A stretch of DNA of 64,000 nt, from contig JBFMBV010000004.1 of assembly GCA_040755005.1 (NCBI GenBank), positions 8,013 through 72,012 of the forward strand. Direction: 5' to 3'. Below the pieces are notes generated by a model. That model saw only the letters and a program-made list of their open reading frames with translations, was not told the DNA's origin and did no database searches. Origin of the DNA: Bacillota bacterium (lineage in GTDB: Bacteria > Bacillota > Sulfobacillia > JBFMBV01). Made by a program: the position numbers and the translations under genes. Positions 9,901-18,817 of this stretch are shown one piece after another. Positions within the stretch are counted from its first letter, which is position 1. Each line of letters begins with the position of its first letter.

Positions 9901-11066
9901 ACAGCCCCCAGCTCGATGATCTCATCCGTTCCGGGTTTGAGGCCTGTGGTCTCAAGGTCGACGACTACATACGAGTGCTCCTCCAGGGGTCCCGCTGCCG
10001 GCCGGAGCACTGGACGGGAGGCTTCGCCGGTAAGGTACCCTTCCAGCCCAAAGATGACCTTGACCCCATGCCGTTTGCCCGCTGCATAGGCAGCGGGAAA
10101 GGCCTGCACCACCCCGTGGTCGGTCACGGCCAAGGCGGTATGGCCCCACGCTGCGGCCCTGGCCACGGCCTCATCTATGTCGGTGAGGGCGTCGAGGGCG
10201 CTGAAACGGGTGTGAAGGTGCAGTTCCACCCGGCCCTCGGGGGCAGGGTCAGCACGGACTGCTGGCTCGCGCCAGTTCACTGCCGCAGCGTGGATGTACT
10301 CCTCCCGCTCGCTTCTCGCGCTGTCCAGCAGCACAGCGCCTTCCACCCTCACGCGGTCCCCATCGGACAGCGCCGGAAAGCAGTCCCCCGGCTCGAGAAA
10401 ACACTTGACCCGGATGGAGTCCTGGCGGTCAGTGAGCACGAAGGAGACGAGCCGCTTGCCGCCCTGTAGGGCGCGTTCCGTCGAGGCCACGACCTCCCCC
10501 TCCACCACCGCCCGTTTGGCCTCGCGAACCTCGGCCACCGGGTGGGGGTCTGAGGGGATCGCGCGGCCCCATACTCTGCCGGGCACTACAGGCTGCAAGG
10601 GCGACTGCCCGTCCCCGACCTGCCTGCGCCGAAAACTGACCGGCACAGGTGCGCCGGCCGCCCCATGCACTGCCTCCTTCACAGCCGCCGCGATGCCGGC
10701 ATCCGCGAGGACACTGTCTAGGGAGCCGTCCACTTCCAGAACCAGCCCCCCCGCGTCCCAGGCCGGCGTGGCTGTGGTCAACAGACCGGCCGCCGCCGGA
10801 TGCGTGCGCTCCAGGGTGGACAGGGCTTCGTCCCACCCAACCGGTCCGGGTTCGGCCCGGGTACCTTGTACTTCCAGGTGCACCCCCTGGAGGCCAGGAA
10901 CGCATCGTCTCAAGGCGTCCGCAAACGCGGCCAGGCGGGCCGGGGTGTAACCCTGTCCCGCCAACGTGACCCGAAAGGTGCGTCTCCGGGTGCTGACGGT
11001 TATGTGGGCCCCACGCAAGGCATCAGTCAGTTCCGGGTCGACTCGCGCCAGCTCACGCAGATCCAC
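6942..11066 (-). CDS. polC: DNA polymerase III alpha subunit, PolC-type, with embedded 3'-5' exonuclease
   Basis: 1374-aa ORF with a PHP domain, exonuclease motif YVVVDLETTGL, polymerase core and OB fold. Typical Firmicute PolC length. Confidence 0.95.
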   Translation of the reverse strand: MDLRELARVDPELTDALRGAHITVSTRRRTFRVTLAGQGYTPARLAAFADALRRCVPGLQGVHLEVQGTRAEPGPVGWDEALSTLERTHPAAAGLLTTATPAWDAGGLVLEVDGSLDSVLADAGIAAAVKEAVHGAAGAPVPVSFRRRQVGDGQSPLQPVVPGRVWGRAIPSDPHPVAEVREAKRAVVEGEVVASTERALQGGKRLVSFVLTDRQDSIRVKCFLEPGDCFPALSDGDRVRVEGAVLLDSARSEREEYIHAAAVNWREPAVRADPAPEGRVELHLHTRFSALDALTDIDEAVARAAAWGHTALAVTDHGVVQAFPAAYAAGKRHGVKVIFGLEGYLTGEASRPVLRPAAGPLEEHSYVVVDLETTGLKPGTDEIIELGAVRVQAGRIAAQFHALVRPDRELPAGIVALTGITPEELAREGVPREEAIQGLARFCEGACLAAHNAGFDLAFLLAAEAQGPWARAPVVDTLVLSRLLVPGLNDYKLGTVAAALDVARAHAHRALHDSRATAEVLLGLLAAASRLGLADLAALNEHALQSGLKSQGWHHVTFLARNQTGLRNLYRLVSSSHLEHFRRVPRIPRSMVSEHREGLLVGTACQSGEILQALLENASDDEIWERLDFYDYVEVQPPANAWSLVESGAVTADRLLEVLRRLVRIAQRRGLPVVATGDVHFLDPHDAVYREVLQSGQGYTEAGGEAGKGLYLRTTGEMLAEFAFLGEDTARLITVIAPRRLADMCDHVVPVPEGVYPPQLEGSELKLRSLATERATGLYGDPLPPQVAARLAPELDSITANGFAAIFILAAQAVTCSEALGYLVGSRGSVGSSLVAYLCGITEVNPLTPHYRCGACRHVEFAVGWGGSGFDLPARDCPGCGKPLSRDGHDIPFEVFMGLDGKKVPDIDLNFSGTCQAEVHRRLEESLGAERVFRAGTVATVAEKTAFGFVKGYLERTGKTVRRAEETRLALGICGVKRTTGRHPGGLVILPEDRRIEEFTPVQYPANDTRSGLVTTHFDYDSLSDQLVKLDLLGHDDPTMLRLLQDYTGVDPRTLPMDDPDTMAIFSVAGSAKTPLPGGKLGTVGIPEFGTRFVRQMLEETLPASFSDLVRIAGLSHGTGVWLDNAQTLIRAGRTLSEVICCRDDIMLHLRRRGLDPRQAFQIMETIRKGKKLGQADEAAMAACGVPDWYRAACRRIEYLFPKAHAAAYVMMSFRVAWYKVHHPAAFYAAHFTVRGAEFSSELMRASEQELMHMHAEIERKGASATGRERNLAALLELAAEMRLRGISFLPVDLQRSAAQQFTTEASGIRAPFVAIPGLGAAAAEAITSARDQGGFASVEELVHRARLNRAVVDLLRAEGCLQGLPETEQMVLF

Positions 11067-11738
11067 TCAGTCCGCTCCTGTCCCTTCCTCGACGCGGCGC
11101 ACACCCGCCAGGGCGGCTAGTCCGCCCGCCACCTCCAGCAGGCTGTGGCGGGTCCGCGCCAGGCTGACCACGAGGTCCAGCAGGATGGCACCTGGCCCCG
11201 CCGGTTTAATTTCGAGCGCGGTGATGTTGACTCCTTTAGCGCCGAGATAAGTCCCGATGGCCCCGACCTGACCAGGAACGTCGTTGCACTCAACCAACAG
11301 GTGATGGCCGCGGGGGTCTGAGCCCAGCAACTTCCCTGCCCTGGACAGGGGCAGGAGCGTGACCAGCGCGAGGACGGCCCCCAGGGCGGCGGGCAGGAAC
11401 ATGCCGGCGCCCACCGCCAGCCCGATGGCGGCTATCACCCACAGGCTGGCCGCGGTGGTCAGGCCGCGGATGATGGCGCCCTCCCGCAAGATGGTACCGG
11501 CGCCCAGGAAGCCGATGCCGCTCACCACCTGCGCGGCGATCCTGCCGGGGTCTGCGGCGCCGTAGATGGCAAGCATGTCGATGGAGACCAACGTGATAAT
11601 GGTCGAACCCACGCAGACCAGGATGTGGGTCCTAAGGCCTGCGGGACGGCGGTGGCTCTCCCGCTCGAGTCCGACCAGCCCGCCCAGGAAGAACGCCACC
11701 AACAGGCGGGAGACCACCACCAGGGGAGGTAGGCTCAT
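11067..11738 (-). CDS. mgtC: MgtC/SapB-family membrane protein
   Basis: ORF track gives 367 aa. The first 144 aa are Arg/Gly/Pro-rich low complexity with no homology. An ATG at 11736-11738 forms an ATGA overlap with the upstream gene stop and yields 223 aa with the MgtC signature LVGLERE and four TM helices. Confidence 0.8.
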   Translation of the reverse strand: MSLPPLVVVSRLLVAFFLGGLVGLERESHRRPAGLRTHILVCVGSTIITLVSIDMLAIYGAADPGRIAAQVVSGIGFLGAGTILREGAIIRGLTTAASLWVIAAIGLAVGAGMFLPAALGAVLALVTLLPLSRAGKLLGSDPRGHHLLVECNDVPGQVGAIGTYLGAKGVNITALEIKPAGPGAILLDLVVSLARTRHSLLEVAGGLAALAGVRRVEEGTGAD

Positions 11739-12886
11739 CGCCGCCTTCCCCCAGCGCGTACCATCTGCTCGATCCTGCCGGCCAGGACTTGCGCGGCATC
11801 CGGCCTGCGCACAGCGTTCACCCTGCAGCGCATCCGGGACAGGGCGGCTTCGTCGGCCAACAACTCCCGCGCGAGCCGAGCAGCCTCCGTGGGGGTGGAA
11901 GCGCACACGCCGACCCCCCACCGCTTCAGTTGCACGGCGTTGGCCTCTTCCTGCCCGGGTAAGGGCGACACCATGACCATGGGCAGCCCTGCGGCTAGTG
12001 CCTCGGACGCCGTCAGCCCGCCCGGCTTGGACACCAGCAGGCTGGCCGCAGCCATCAGGGCGGCCGTCTCCTGGACATACCCCACGATCGCGACCCGCTG
12101 CCGCCAGTGCCTGGCCGCCAGGTCCCGGGCGAGGCGGGTGTTCATCCCCGTCACGACGAGCAACTGGCAATCGCAGGCCCCTTCATCGAGCCGCCGGACG
12201 ACCTCAGCCAGCGGTCCCATCCCCAGGCCCCCGCACATCACCATCACCACCGGCAGTCCTGGCTCCAACCCGAGGGCCTTGCGGGCCTCGGCCGCCGGGG
12301 GCAGCCGCAGGAAAGCCGGGGACACCGGGATTCCCGTCGTGACGAGCTGCGTGCGGGCTACACCCCACTGCTGGAAGCTGCGGCGCAGACCCTGGTGGGC
12401 CAGGGCGTAACGGGCTGTCCCGGGCCAGATCCAAAAGGGATGGAACCCCAGGTCGGTGACCACAGCCACGCAGGGAGTCGGTGGGATCAGGCCCCGTTCC
12501 CGGAGATGGGACAGGGTCCCCAGGGGGAAGGGATGGGTGCAGATGAGGGCGTCCGGCCGGGTCTGGGCGATCAGGCTCACCAGTTTGGGGGCCGCAACCA
12601 GACTGGACCAGCGGCCAAACCCCCGTTGCGCCCAAGCGCACGTGTCATCGAGGGCTGCCAGCTGGTACAGAAAGCGCCAGAGCCCAGGCCCCAGGCGCAA
12701 CGTCTCCAGGTACGCGCCGATCAACGCCCTGCCCAGGACGGGGTTGGCGTGACGGACCGCATCCACTACGGTGACCTCGCCGCCGCGATGACGCAAAGCC
12801 AAGGCAAGGGACTCCGCGGCCCGTACGTGCCCGTGTCCGGCTGCTACGGTCAAGACAAGGTATCTGGCTGTGGGTCCTATCGGCAC
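11735..12886 (-). CDS. MGDG-synthase-like / GT28-family glycosyltransferase (UgtP/YpfP-like diacylglycerol glycosyltransferase)
   Basis: 383-aa ORF. N-terminus YLVLTVAAGHGHVRAAESLALAL matches the MGDG_synth N-domain and the C-terminal half looks like Glyco_tran_28_C. No closer assignment is possible. Confidence 0.7.
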   Translation of the reverse strand: MPIGPTARYLVLTVAAGHGHVRAAESLALALRHRGGEVTVVDAVRHANPVLGRALIGAYLETLRLGPGLWRFLYQLAALDDTCAWAQRGFGRWSSLVAAPKLVSLIAQTRPDALICTHPFPLGTLSHLRERGLIPPTPCVAVVTDLGFHPFWIWPGTARYALAHQGLRRSFQQWGVARTQLVTTGIPVSPAFLRLPPAAEARKALGLEPGLPVVMVMCGGLGMGPLAEVVRRLDEGACDCQLLVVTGMNTRLARDLAARHWRQRVAIVGYVQETAALMAAASLLVSKPGGLTASEALAAGLPMVMVSPLPGQEEANAVQLKRWGVGVCASTPTEAARLARELLADEAALSRMRCRVNAVRRPDAAQVLAGRIEQMVRAGGRRR

Positions 12887-12924
12887 CTGCCTCCGAGCCT
12901 AGTATTCGCCCCAGGCCGCTGCAT

Positions 12925-14382
12925 CTAGTAAGCCCGGGCGAAGTAGACCAGCGGCCCCCGGGAACGGCCGCAGATGACGCACGGTGCCGTCTGTCCTTGC
13001 AGGTCGAAGGGGAGGCACCGGATGGTGGCCCCGGTCTCCTCTTTCACGCGGGCTTCGCACCCCGCACCGCCGCACCAGCCTGCCCGGATTAGACCTTTGC
13101 GCTTCGCGGCGGCTTCGGCCAGTTCCGCGTAGGTGGTGACGTCAACTGTGTTGTCCCGCTGGAACTGCTGGGCGCGCTCCAGCAGTCCCGCCTGGATCTG
13201 CTCCAGGAGGCCGCCTAAGGCGGCTGCGGCCCCGTCCAGCGGCACCGCGGCCCTTTCCCCGGTGTCGCGGCGTACCATCACGCACTGGCCTGCCTTGAGG
13301 TCCCGTGGCCCCAGCTCGATCCGGACCGGCACGCCCCGCATCTCCCATTCGTTGTACTTCCAACCTGGGGTGTATTCCTCGCGGTCGTCCAGCTTCACGC
13401 TGGCACTGGCCGCCAGCGTCTGCGTCAAGCCCCGGGCCCGCTCCACCACTTCAGCCCGGTCCTTGGCCGGCGAGATGGGAACGACCACGGCCTGGAGCGG
13501 GGCGACGCGGGGGGGCAGCACCAACCCACGGTCATCGCTGTGAACCATGATCAGGGCACCGATGAGCCTGGTCGACACGCCCCAGGACGTCTGCCAGACG
13601 TGCTTCAGTTGGCCGTCCCTGTCGAGGAACTGGATATCGAACACCTTGGCGAAGTGCTGACCCAGGTTATGGGAGGTGCCGGCCTGCAGGGCCCTGCCGT
13701 CGGACATCAACGCTTCGATGGCGTACGTGCGCAAGGCGCCGGCGAACTTCTCACCTTCGGTCTTCCTGCCGGCGATCACTGGGATGGCCAGTTCCGTCCG
13801 GGCGAACTCGGCGTAAGTATCCAGCATGCGCAGGGTCTCGGCTTCCGCTTCTGCTTCGGTCGCGTGGCAAGTGTGGCCTTCCTGCCATAGGAACTCCGTT
13901 GTCCGCAGGAACGGCCTGGTGACCTTCTCCCACCTGACCACGTTGGCCCATTGGTTGATCAGGACCGGCAGGTCCCGGTAGGACTGGATCCACTTGGAGT
14001 ACATGGCGCAGATGATCGTCTCCGACGTCGGCCGCACAGCCAGCCACTCGGTGAGGTCTTCCTGCCCGCCCTTGGTGACCCAGGCCACCTCGGGTGCGAA
14101 GCCCTCGACATGTTCGGCTTCCTTGGCCAGGAGACTCTGGGGGATGAAGATGGGGAAGTAGGCGTTTACATGGCCGGTCGCCTTGAAGCGTTTGTCCAGG
14201 GCTTCGCGGATCCGTTCCCAGATGGCATACCCTGTCGGCCTGATGACCATACACCCCTTGATCGGGGCGTAGTCCATCAGCTCAGCCTTACGGACGACAT
14301 CCACATACCACTGGCTGTAGTCCTGGGCGCGTGGGGTGATCTCTCTCACGAACTCGCGCTCGTTTGTGTCCAGGGCCCGCAA
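12925..14382 (-). CDS. proS: proline--tRNA ligase, archaeal/Thermus type
   Basis: Strong alignment to the Thermus-type ProRS N-terminus (ITPRAQDYSQWYVDVVRKAELMDYAPIKGCMVIRPTGYAIWERIRE... HVNAYFPIFIP...). The ORF-track start at 14436 is a GTG 4 nt after the ispG stop and would encode a terminator hairpin. A TTG at 14380-14382 preceded by GGGACGGGAAAGGGG gives the expected N-terminal length. Confidence 0.9.
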   Translation of the reverse strand: MRALDTNEREFVREITPRAQDYSQWYVDVVRKAELMDYAPIKGCMVIRPTGYAIWERIREALDKRFKATGHVNAYFPIFIPQSLLAKEAEHVEGFAPEVAWVTKGGQEDLTEWLAVRPTSETIICAMYSKWIQSYRDLPVLINQWANVVRWEKVTRPFLRTTEFLWQEGHTCHATEAEAEAETLRMLDTYAEFARTELAIPVIAGRKTEGEKFAGALRTYAIEALMSDGRALQAGTSHNLGQHFAKVFDIQFLDRDGQLKHVWQTSWGVSTRLIGALIMVHSDDRGLVLPPRVAPLQAVVVPISPAKDRAEVVERARGLTQTLAASASVKLDDREEYTPGWKYNEWEMRGVPVRIELGPRDLKAGQCVMVRRDTGERAAVPLDGAAAALGGLLEQIQAGLLERAQQFQRDNTVDVTTYAELAEAAAKRKGLIRAGWCGGAGCEARVKEETGATIRCLPFDLQGQTAPCVICGRSRGPLVYFARAY

Positions 14383-14399
14383 CCCCTTTCCCGTCCCAT

Positions 14400-14426
14400 G
14401 ACAAAGCTTCGCCCGAAAGGGCGAAG
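14400..14426 (-). terminator. intrinsic-terminator-like hairpin downstream of ispG
   Basis: Minus strand: CUUCGCCC-UUUC-GGGCGAAG (perfect 8-bp stem, 14407-14426) followed by CUUUGUC. It lies inside the over-extended proS ORF of the track. Confidence 0.5.
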
Positions 14427-14440
14427 CCTGAAGCACCCCT

Positions 14441-15532
14441 TCACTCGGTTCGCTTGTCCCTCATGTTACCAGAGCCCCCCTGCCTTGTCAAGGCGAGCTC
14501 CCTGACCTCCCTGACCAGCTCCGGCACCATTTCACCTGGCTTAAGCCGCCTGACGAAGTTGCCCTCCCTGAACAGCACAGCCCCGTCCAGGGTCGCGGCG
14601 ACCCCCAGGTCCGCCGCCTTGGCCTCGCCAGGGCCGTTGACCTCGCACCCCATCACCGCGACTGTGAGCGGGACAGGCACGTCGCGCAGGGCATCTTCGA
14701 CTGCGTCAGCCACGCCGCCCAAGTCCTGGCGGCACCGCCCGCAGGTAGGGCACGCCACCACCCTCACCCCACGTTCCCGCAGCCCCAGGGCTCCCAGGAT
14801 GATGTAGGCGGCATCCACTTCCTGCAGCGCGGAGGCGGCCAGCGACACCCTGATGGTGTCCCCGATGCCCTCAGCGAGGAGGATCCCTAGGCCTACCGCG
14901 CTGCGTAGGCCGCCGGACCACGCTGTTCCGGCTTCGGTGAGCCCCAGGTGTAAAGGGTAGTTAGAACGCTGGGAGGCTAGCCTGTAGGCGGCGAGGGTCG
15001 TCAGCACATCCGAGGCCTTGAGCCCGAGGACGATGTCGGTCAGGCCGGCGTCCTCGAGCACCCTGGCTTGCTCGAGGGCGGTGGTGACCATCGCCGCCGC
15101 TCCGCTAGCGGCTCCGTGCACGGGCAAGGACCCGAGGTTCACGCCGACCCGGACAGGCACGCCCCGGGCCCGCGCCTCTCGGGCTACCGTTGCCGCCGCT
15201 TCCCGGCCCTTCAGATTCCCCGGGTTCAGCCTCAACTTGGCGACGCCTGCATCCAGAGCGGCCAGAGCCAGGCGGTAGTCAAAGTGGATGTCGGCGATGA
15301 CCGGCACCGGCGACTCCCTGACCAAGGCGGGCAGGGAGCGTGCCGCCTCGGCATCAGGCACCGCGACCCTGACCAGTTCGCAGCCCCTGGCGGCCATGGC
15401 CCGCACCTGACCGAGGGTGGCTGGCAGATCCCTGGTGTCTGTCTTGGTCATTCCTTGCACAGCCACGGGCGCCCCGCCACCCAGCGGCACTCCCCCCACC
15501 CATACGCGCCGGGTCGCTTCCCTTGGCAGCAT
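14441..15532 (-). CDS. ispG: 4-hydroxy-3-methylbut-2-enyl diphosphate synthase (flavodoxin)
   Basis: TRRVWVGGVPLGGGAPVAVQGMTKTDT matches the IspG N-terminus ([24 protein letters not shown]). The ORF track starts at a TTG at 15559 inside rseP. An ATG at 15530-15532, 4 nt after the rseP stop, is more likely. Confidence 0.9.
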   Translation of the reverse strand: MLPREATRRVWVGGVPLGGGAPVAVQGMTKTDTRDLPATLGQVRAMAARGCELVRVAVPDAEAARSLPALVRESPVPVIADIHFDYRLALAALDAGVAKLRLNPGNLKGREAAATVAREARARGVPVRVGVNLGSLPVHGAASGAAAMVTTALEQARVLEDAGLTDIVLGLKASDVLTTLAAYRLASQRSNYPLHLGLTEAGTAWSGGLRSAVGLGILLAEGIGDTIRVSLAASALQEVDAAYIILGALGLRERGVRVVACPTCGRCRQDLGGVADAVEDALRDVPVPLTVAVMGCEVNGPGEAKAADLGVAATLDGAVLFREGNFVRRLKPGEMVPELVREVRELALTRQGGSGNMRDKRTE

Positions 15533-15536
15533 GGCC

Positions 15537-16571
15537 TCAGCCCTGCCCGGGTGTGACAAGGCGCAACAAGTCGCGGTAGGTCACCATGATGATCAGAAGG
15601 AACAACACCATCAGCCCGATAAAGTGGATGAAGTTCTCCTTGTTTGGGTCCACCGGCTTGCCGCGCACCCCTTCCCAGGCCAGGAAGGCGAGGCGGCTCC
15701 CGTCGAGGGCCGGGATGGGGAGCAGGTTGAGCAGGCCGACGTTGGCGCTTAGCACCCCGGTAAAGTACAAGAGGTTGGCCAGTCCCAGCTTGCTGGCTTC
15801 GCTGATGAGCTGGGTGATGCCTACCGGCCCAGCCACTTCCAGGGGGTGCTGCCTGAACAGGATGAGGCTGATGCTCCTCCCCCAGAACATGATCAGGCCC
15901 ACCAGCTGGGTGAAGGCCATGCGGACCGACTCCAATAACCCCAACCGCTGCAGGCGGGTAAGTGGTGCTACACCGATGAAACCTTTCCCTCCCCTATCCG
16001 GGGAGGCGACCGGGATCAGGACCAGATCGTGCACAGCCCCGTCCCTTTGGACCCTCAGTTTGACCTCTTTGCCCGGACGTTCCTGCACGTATCCGACCAG
16101 CTCAGCCCAGGCCGCCAAGGGCCTGCCGTCCACAGCCAGGACCGTGTCACCAGCCCTGAGACCGGCCGCTTCAGCCGGACTGCCTGGGACGACCTCGCTG
16201 ACCGCAGTCCCCACAGGCACAAACACGCCGACCACGGCAAAGATCACGAAGAACGCCAAGACCGCCAGGACGAAGTTCATCAGCGGGCCAGCCAAGACTA
16301 CCCCCAGCCGGTAGATGACCGGCCTGCGGGCGAACCCGTCCGGCGCGTCCAGTTCGTCCGGATGGGTCCCGGCCATCCTCACAAAACCCCCGACGGGGAA
16401 CAACCGCAGGTTGTAGGTTGTTTCCCTGACCTTCACCCCACCCAGGCGCGGGCCGAAACCGACGGCGAACTCCGGGACCGCGATCCCCGACAGTTTAGCG
16501 GCGACGAAGTGGCCTAGCTCGTGGGCGAGGATGAGCAGACCGAACACCGCGACAGCGATAAACACGTTCAC
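15537..16571 (-). CDS. rseP: RIP zinc metalloprotease RseP/RasP (site-2 protease)
   Basis: 344-aa ORF with the HELGH motif in the first TM helix, a PDZ domain and the LDG motif (ALDGSR). Conserved position after dxr. Confidence 0.9.
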   Translation of the reverse strand: MNVFIAVAVFGLLILAHELGHFVAAKLSGIAVPEFAVGFGPRLGGVKVRETTYNLRLFPVGGFVRMAGTHPDELDAPDGFARRPVIYRLGVVLAGPLMNFVLAVLAFFVIFAVVGVFVPVGTAVSEVVPGSPAEAAGLRAGDTVLAVDGRPLAAWAELVGYVQERPGKEVKLRVQRDGAVHDLVLIPVASPDRGGKGFIGVAPLTRLQRLGLLESVRMAFTQLVGLIMFWGRSISLILFRQHPLEVAGPVGITQLISEASKLGLANLLYFTGVLSANVGLLNLLPIPALDGSRLAFLAWEGVRGKPVDPNKENFIHFIGLMVLFLLIIMVTYRDLLRLVTPGQG

Positions 16572-17737
16572 AGCGGTGGACCTCCTGCGTAGATTGACAG
16601 CAGCTCCTGCGCACGACGCCGCCCTGCGGCGTCCGCCTCCAGCACCTGTGCTAGGGTGTCAGCCTCCATGGCGCCGCAGCCTTCCAGGACCGCGGAGTTG
16701 AGGCGGCCGATGCCGGCGAAAGGGAGCGCCCCCTTTAGGAAGGCCGCCACGGCGATCTCGTTGGCGGCGTTGAGCACAGCCGGGGCACCCGGGCCGATGG
16801 CCAGTGCCCGGTAGGCCAGGTCAAGGCAGGGGAAGGCTTCCTTGTCGGGCCGTGCGAAGTCAAGGCGGCCTACAGCCGCCAGGTCGATGGGCGCCACCGG
16901 CGACGGCAGGCGCCGGGGCCATGTCAGGGCCAGCTGGATCGGGAGGCGCATGTCCGGCCACCCCAGTTGGGCTTTGACGCTCCCATCGGCGAAGGTGACC
17001 AGCGAGTGGATGATGCTCTGCGGGTGGACGACCACCTCGATTGCCTGTGGTGGCAACGCGAACAGCCAGTGGGCCTCGATCACTTCCAGCCCCTTGTTCA
17101 TCAGGGTGGCCGAGTCCACGGTTATTTTCGGGCCCATCCGCCACGAAGGGTGGGCCAGCGCCTGGGCAGGGGTGACCGACTCCAGCCTGGCCTTGTCCCA
17201 TCCCCGGAATGGCCCCCCTGAGGCGGTGAGGGTCAGGCCCGTGACCGAGGCGGGGGCTTCTCCCCACAGGCACTGCCAGATCGCGCTGTGCTCGCTGTCC
17301 ACGGGTAGGAGGGTAGCCCCTCCTTCCCGGACTGTCCGGGTCACCAAGGCGCCGCCGGTGACAAGGGCCTCCTTGTTCGCCAGGGCAATGCGCTTCCCGT
17401 GCCTGGCCGCGGCCAGTACGGGGGCGAGCCCGGCGGAGCCGACCATGGCCGCCAGGACCACACCGGCCCCTGGGTCGGCGGCCAGTTCACAGAGCCCGGC
17501 CTCACCGGCCAGGAAGCGGGTGGGCAGGTCAGCGCAGGCTGCCTCTACGGCCCGCAATGCCGCGGGGTCCGCCATAGCCGCATAGACCGGGCGCCACTGG
17601 CGCACCAGGTGGGTGAACTCGGCCGCCCGGGAGCCCGCCGCCAGGCTCCGCACCTTCAGGTCGGGACACGCGGCAATGACCTGCAAGGCCTGTCTGCCAA
17701 CGGAGCCTGTCGCTCCCAAGACAGCGACTTCCGTCAA
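16568..17737 (-). CDS. dxr: 1-deoxy-D-xylulose 5-phosphate reductoisomerase
   Basis: 389-aa ORF. N-terminal NADPH-binding GATGSVGRQAL and the DXR core. Its start overlaps the rseP stop by 4 nt. Confidence 0.95.
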   Translation of the reverse strand: MTEVAVLGATGSVGRQALQVIAACPDLKVRSLAAGSRAAEFTHLVRQWRPVYAAMADPAALRAVEAACADLPTRFLAGEAGLCELAADPGAGVVLAAMVGSAGLAPVLAAARHGKRIALANKEALVTGGALVTRTVREGGATLLPVDSEHSAIWQCLWGEAPASVTGLTLTASGGPFRGWDKARLESVTPAQALAHPSWRMGPKITVDSATLMNKGLEVIEAHWLFALPPQAIEVVVHPQSIIHSLVTFADGSVKAQLGWPDMRLPIQLALTWPRRLPSPVAPIDLAAVGRLDFARPDKEAFPCLDLAYRALAIGPGAPAVLNAANEIAVAAFLKGALPFAGIGRLNSAVLEGCGAMEADTLAQVLEADAAGRRRAQELLSIYAGGPPL

Positions 17738-17752
17738 CCTGACCCCTCTTCC

Positions 17753-18799
17753 CTATAGCTCATCTGGCCCGGGGAACAGCGGGATCAGCCCCGACCGCAC
17801 CGCTGCCCTGATCACTACTGCCGTGACCGGCCCGATGACCAACCCGACCGGGCCAAGCAACCTCAGACCCAAGTAGATCGAGAGCAGTATTGCCAGCGGG
17901 TGAAGCCCCATGCGCTCCCCGATGATTTTGACCTCCAGGAACTGCCTCAACAGGAACACGACAGCGTACAGCACCAGCAGGCCGCTCCCCAGTCCGGCCT
18001 GGCCTGTCGCCAGACTCCACAGGGCCCACGGGACCAAGGCGATCCCCGGTCCCACCATCGGGAGCAGGTCCAGGATGCCGATGCTGATCGCCAGCAGCAA
18101 AGCATAGTCGACCCTGAGGATGAGCAGGCCGGCAAGGGTCGTCGCGGTTGACACGGCGATGAGGAACAACTGCGCCCGGATGAAGCCGAACAAAGACAGC
18201 ATGACTTCCCCTTTGACCTCAAGCAGCTTGCCCCGGTGCGCCCTGGGGACCAGGGTCATCAGGAAGCGTACCAGCTCCCGCTTGTCCCTGCTGATAAAGA
18301 AAGTAGCTATGCCCCCGACCGCGATCATCGCCGCCGCCCCTGGGACCTTGCCCAGGCCCATCAGGACATTGTGCACCAGACGCTCCAACGCCTGATAGAG
18401 GTTGGCGAGAGCAGCTTGGAACGCGTTGGTCACTGGCGGGGGGAGCGACGTCACTAGCTGCGTGTAGCGGCTGAGGATGGCGTCCAGGGCCAAGCTTACG
18501 GCCCGGTAGTACTCGGGTAGGCGCCCAGCCAAAGCCGCCAGTTCAGTGAAGAGTTTCGCTACGGCAAACCCCAACAAGTATATCACCAGGGACAAGACCA
18601 AAGACAAGACCGCCGCGACGGCCAGGCCCCGCTTGAACTTCCCCCTGGCCTCGAGCCAGTCGACGACGGGATCGATCATCAGGGCCAGCAGCCCGGCGAC
18701 GGCGAAGGGAAGAAGCACCGGGAACACATACTTCAGCAGGATGACCAGGACTGCCGCCAGCAGGCAGGCAAAGCCCAGGGACCTCCAGATCTGCTTCAT
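17753..18799 (-). CDS. AI-2E family transporter / YtvI-like integral membrane protein
   Basis: 348-aa polytopic membrane protein with the AI-2E (PerM/YtvI) pattern. It is inserted between cdsA and dxr. Confidence 0.75.
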   Translation of the reverse strand: MKQIWRSLGFACLLAAVLVILLKYVFPVLLPFAVAGLLALMIDPVVDWLEARGKFKRGLAVAAVLSLVLSLVIYLLGFAVAKLFTELAALAGRLPEYYRAVSLALDAILSRYTQLVTSLPPPVTNAFQAALANLYQALERLVHNVLMGLGKVPGAAAMIAVGGIATFFISRDKRELVRFLMTLVPRAHRGKLLEVKGEVMLSLFGFIRAQLFLIAVSTATTLAGLLILRVDYALLLAISIGILDLLPMVGPGIALVPWALWSLATGQAGLGSGLLVLYAVVFLLRQFLEVKIIGERMGLHPLAILLSIYLGLRLLGPVGLVIGPVTAVVIRAAVRSGLIPLFPGPDEL

Positions 18800-18817
18800 G
18801 GCCTCACTCCCTGTCGG

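Noticed and set aside
11739-12170. N-terminal extensions suggested by the ORF track for mgtC, cdsA, tsf, rplS, rpsP, xerC, comM, smc, ylxR, ispG and etfB
   Set aside because: The extensions are low-complexity and lack homology. They would overlap the upstream gene, and a shorter start with an SD and/or a 4-nt coupling overlap reproduces the conserved N-terminus. I trimmed these starts in the feature list.
14368-14440. Possible T-box riboswitch upstream of proS
   Set aside because: Only ~70 nt separate ispG from the likely proS start. A T-box leader needs ~200-300 nt, and no specifier-loop or T-box sequence is visible. The hairpin present is a simple terminator-like stem.
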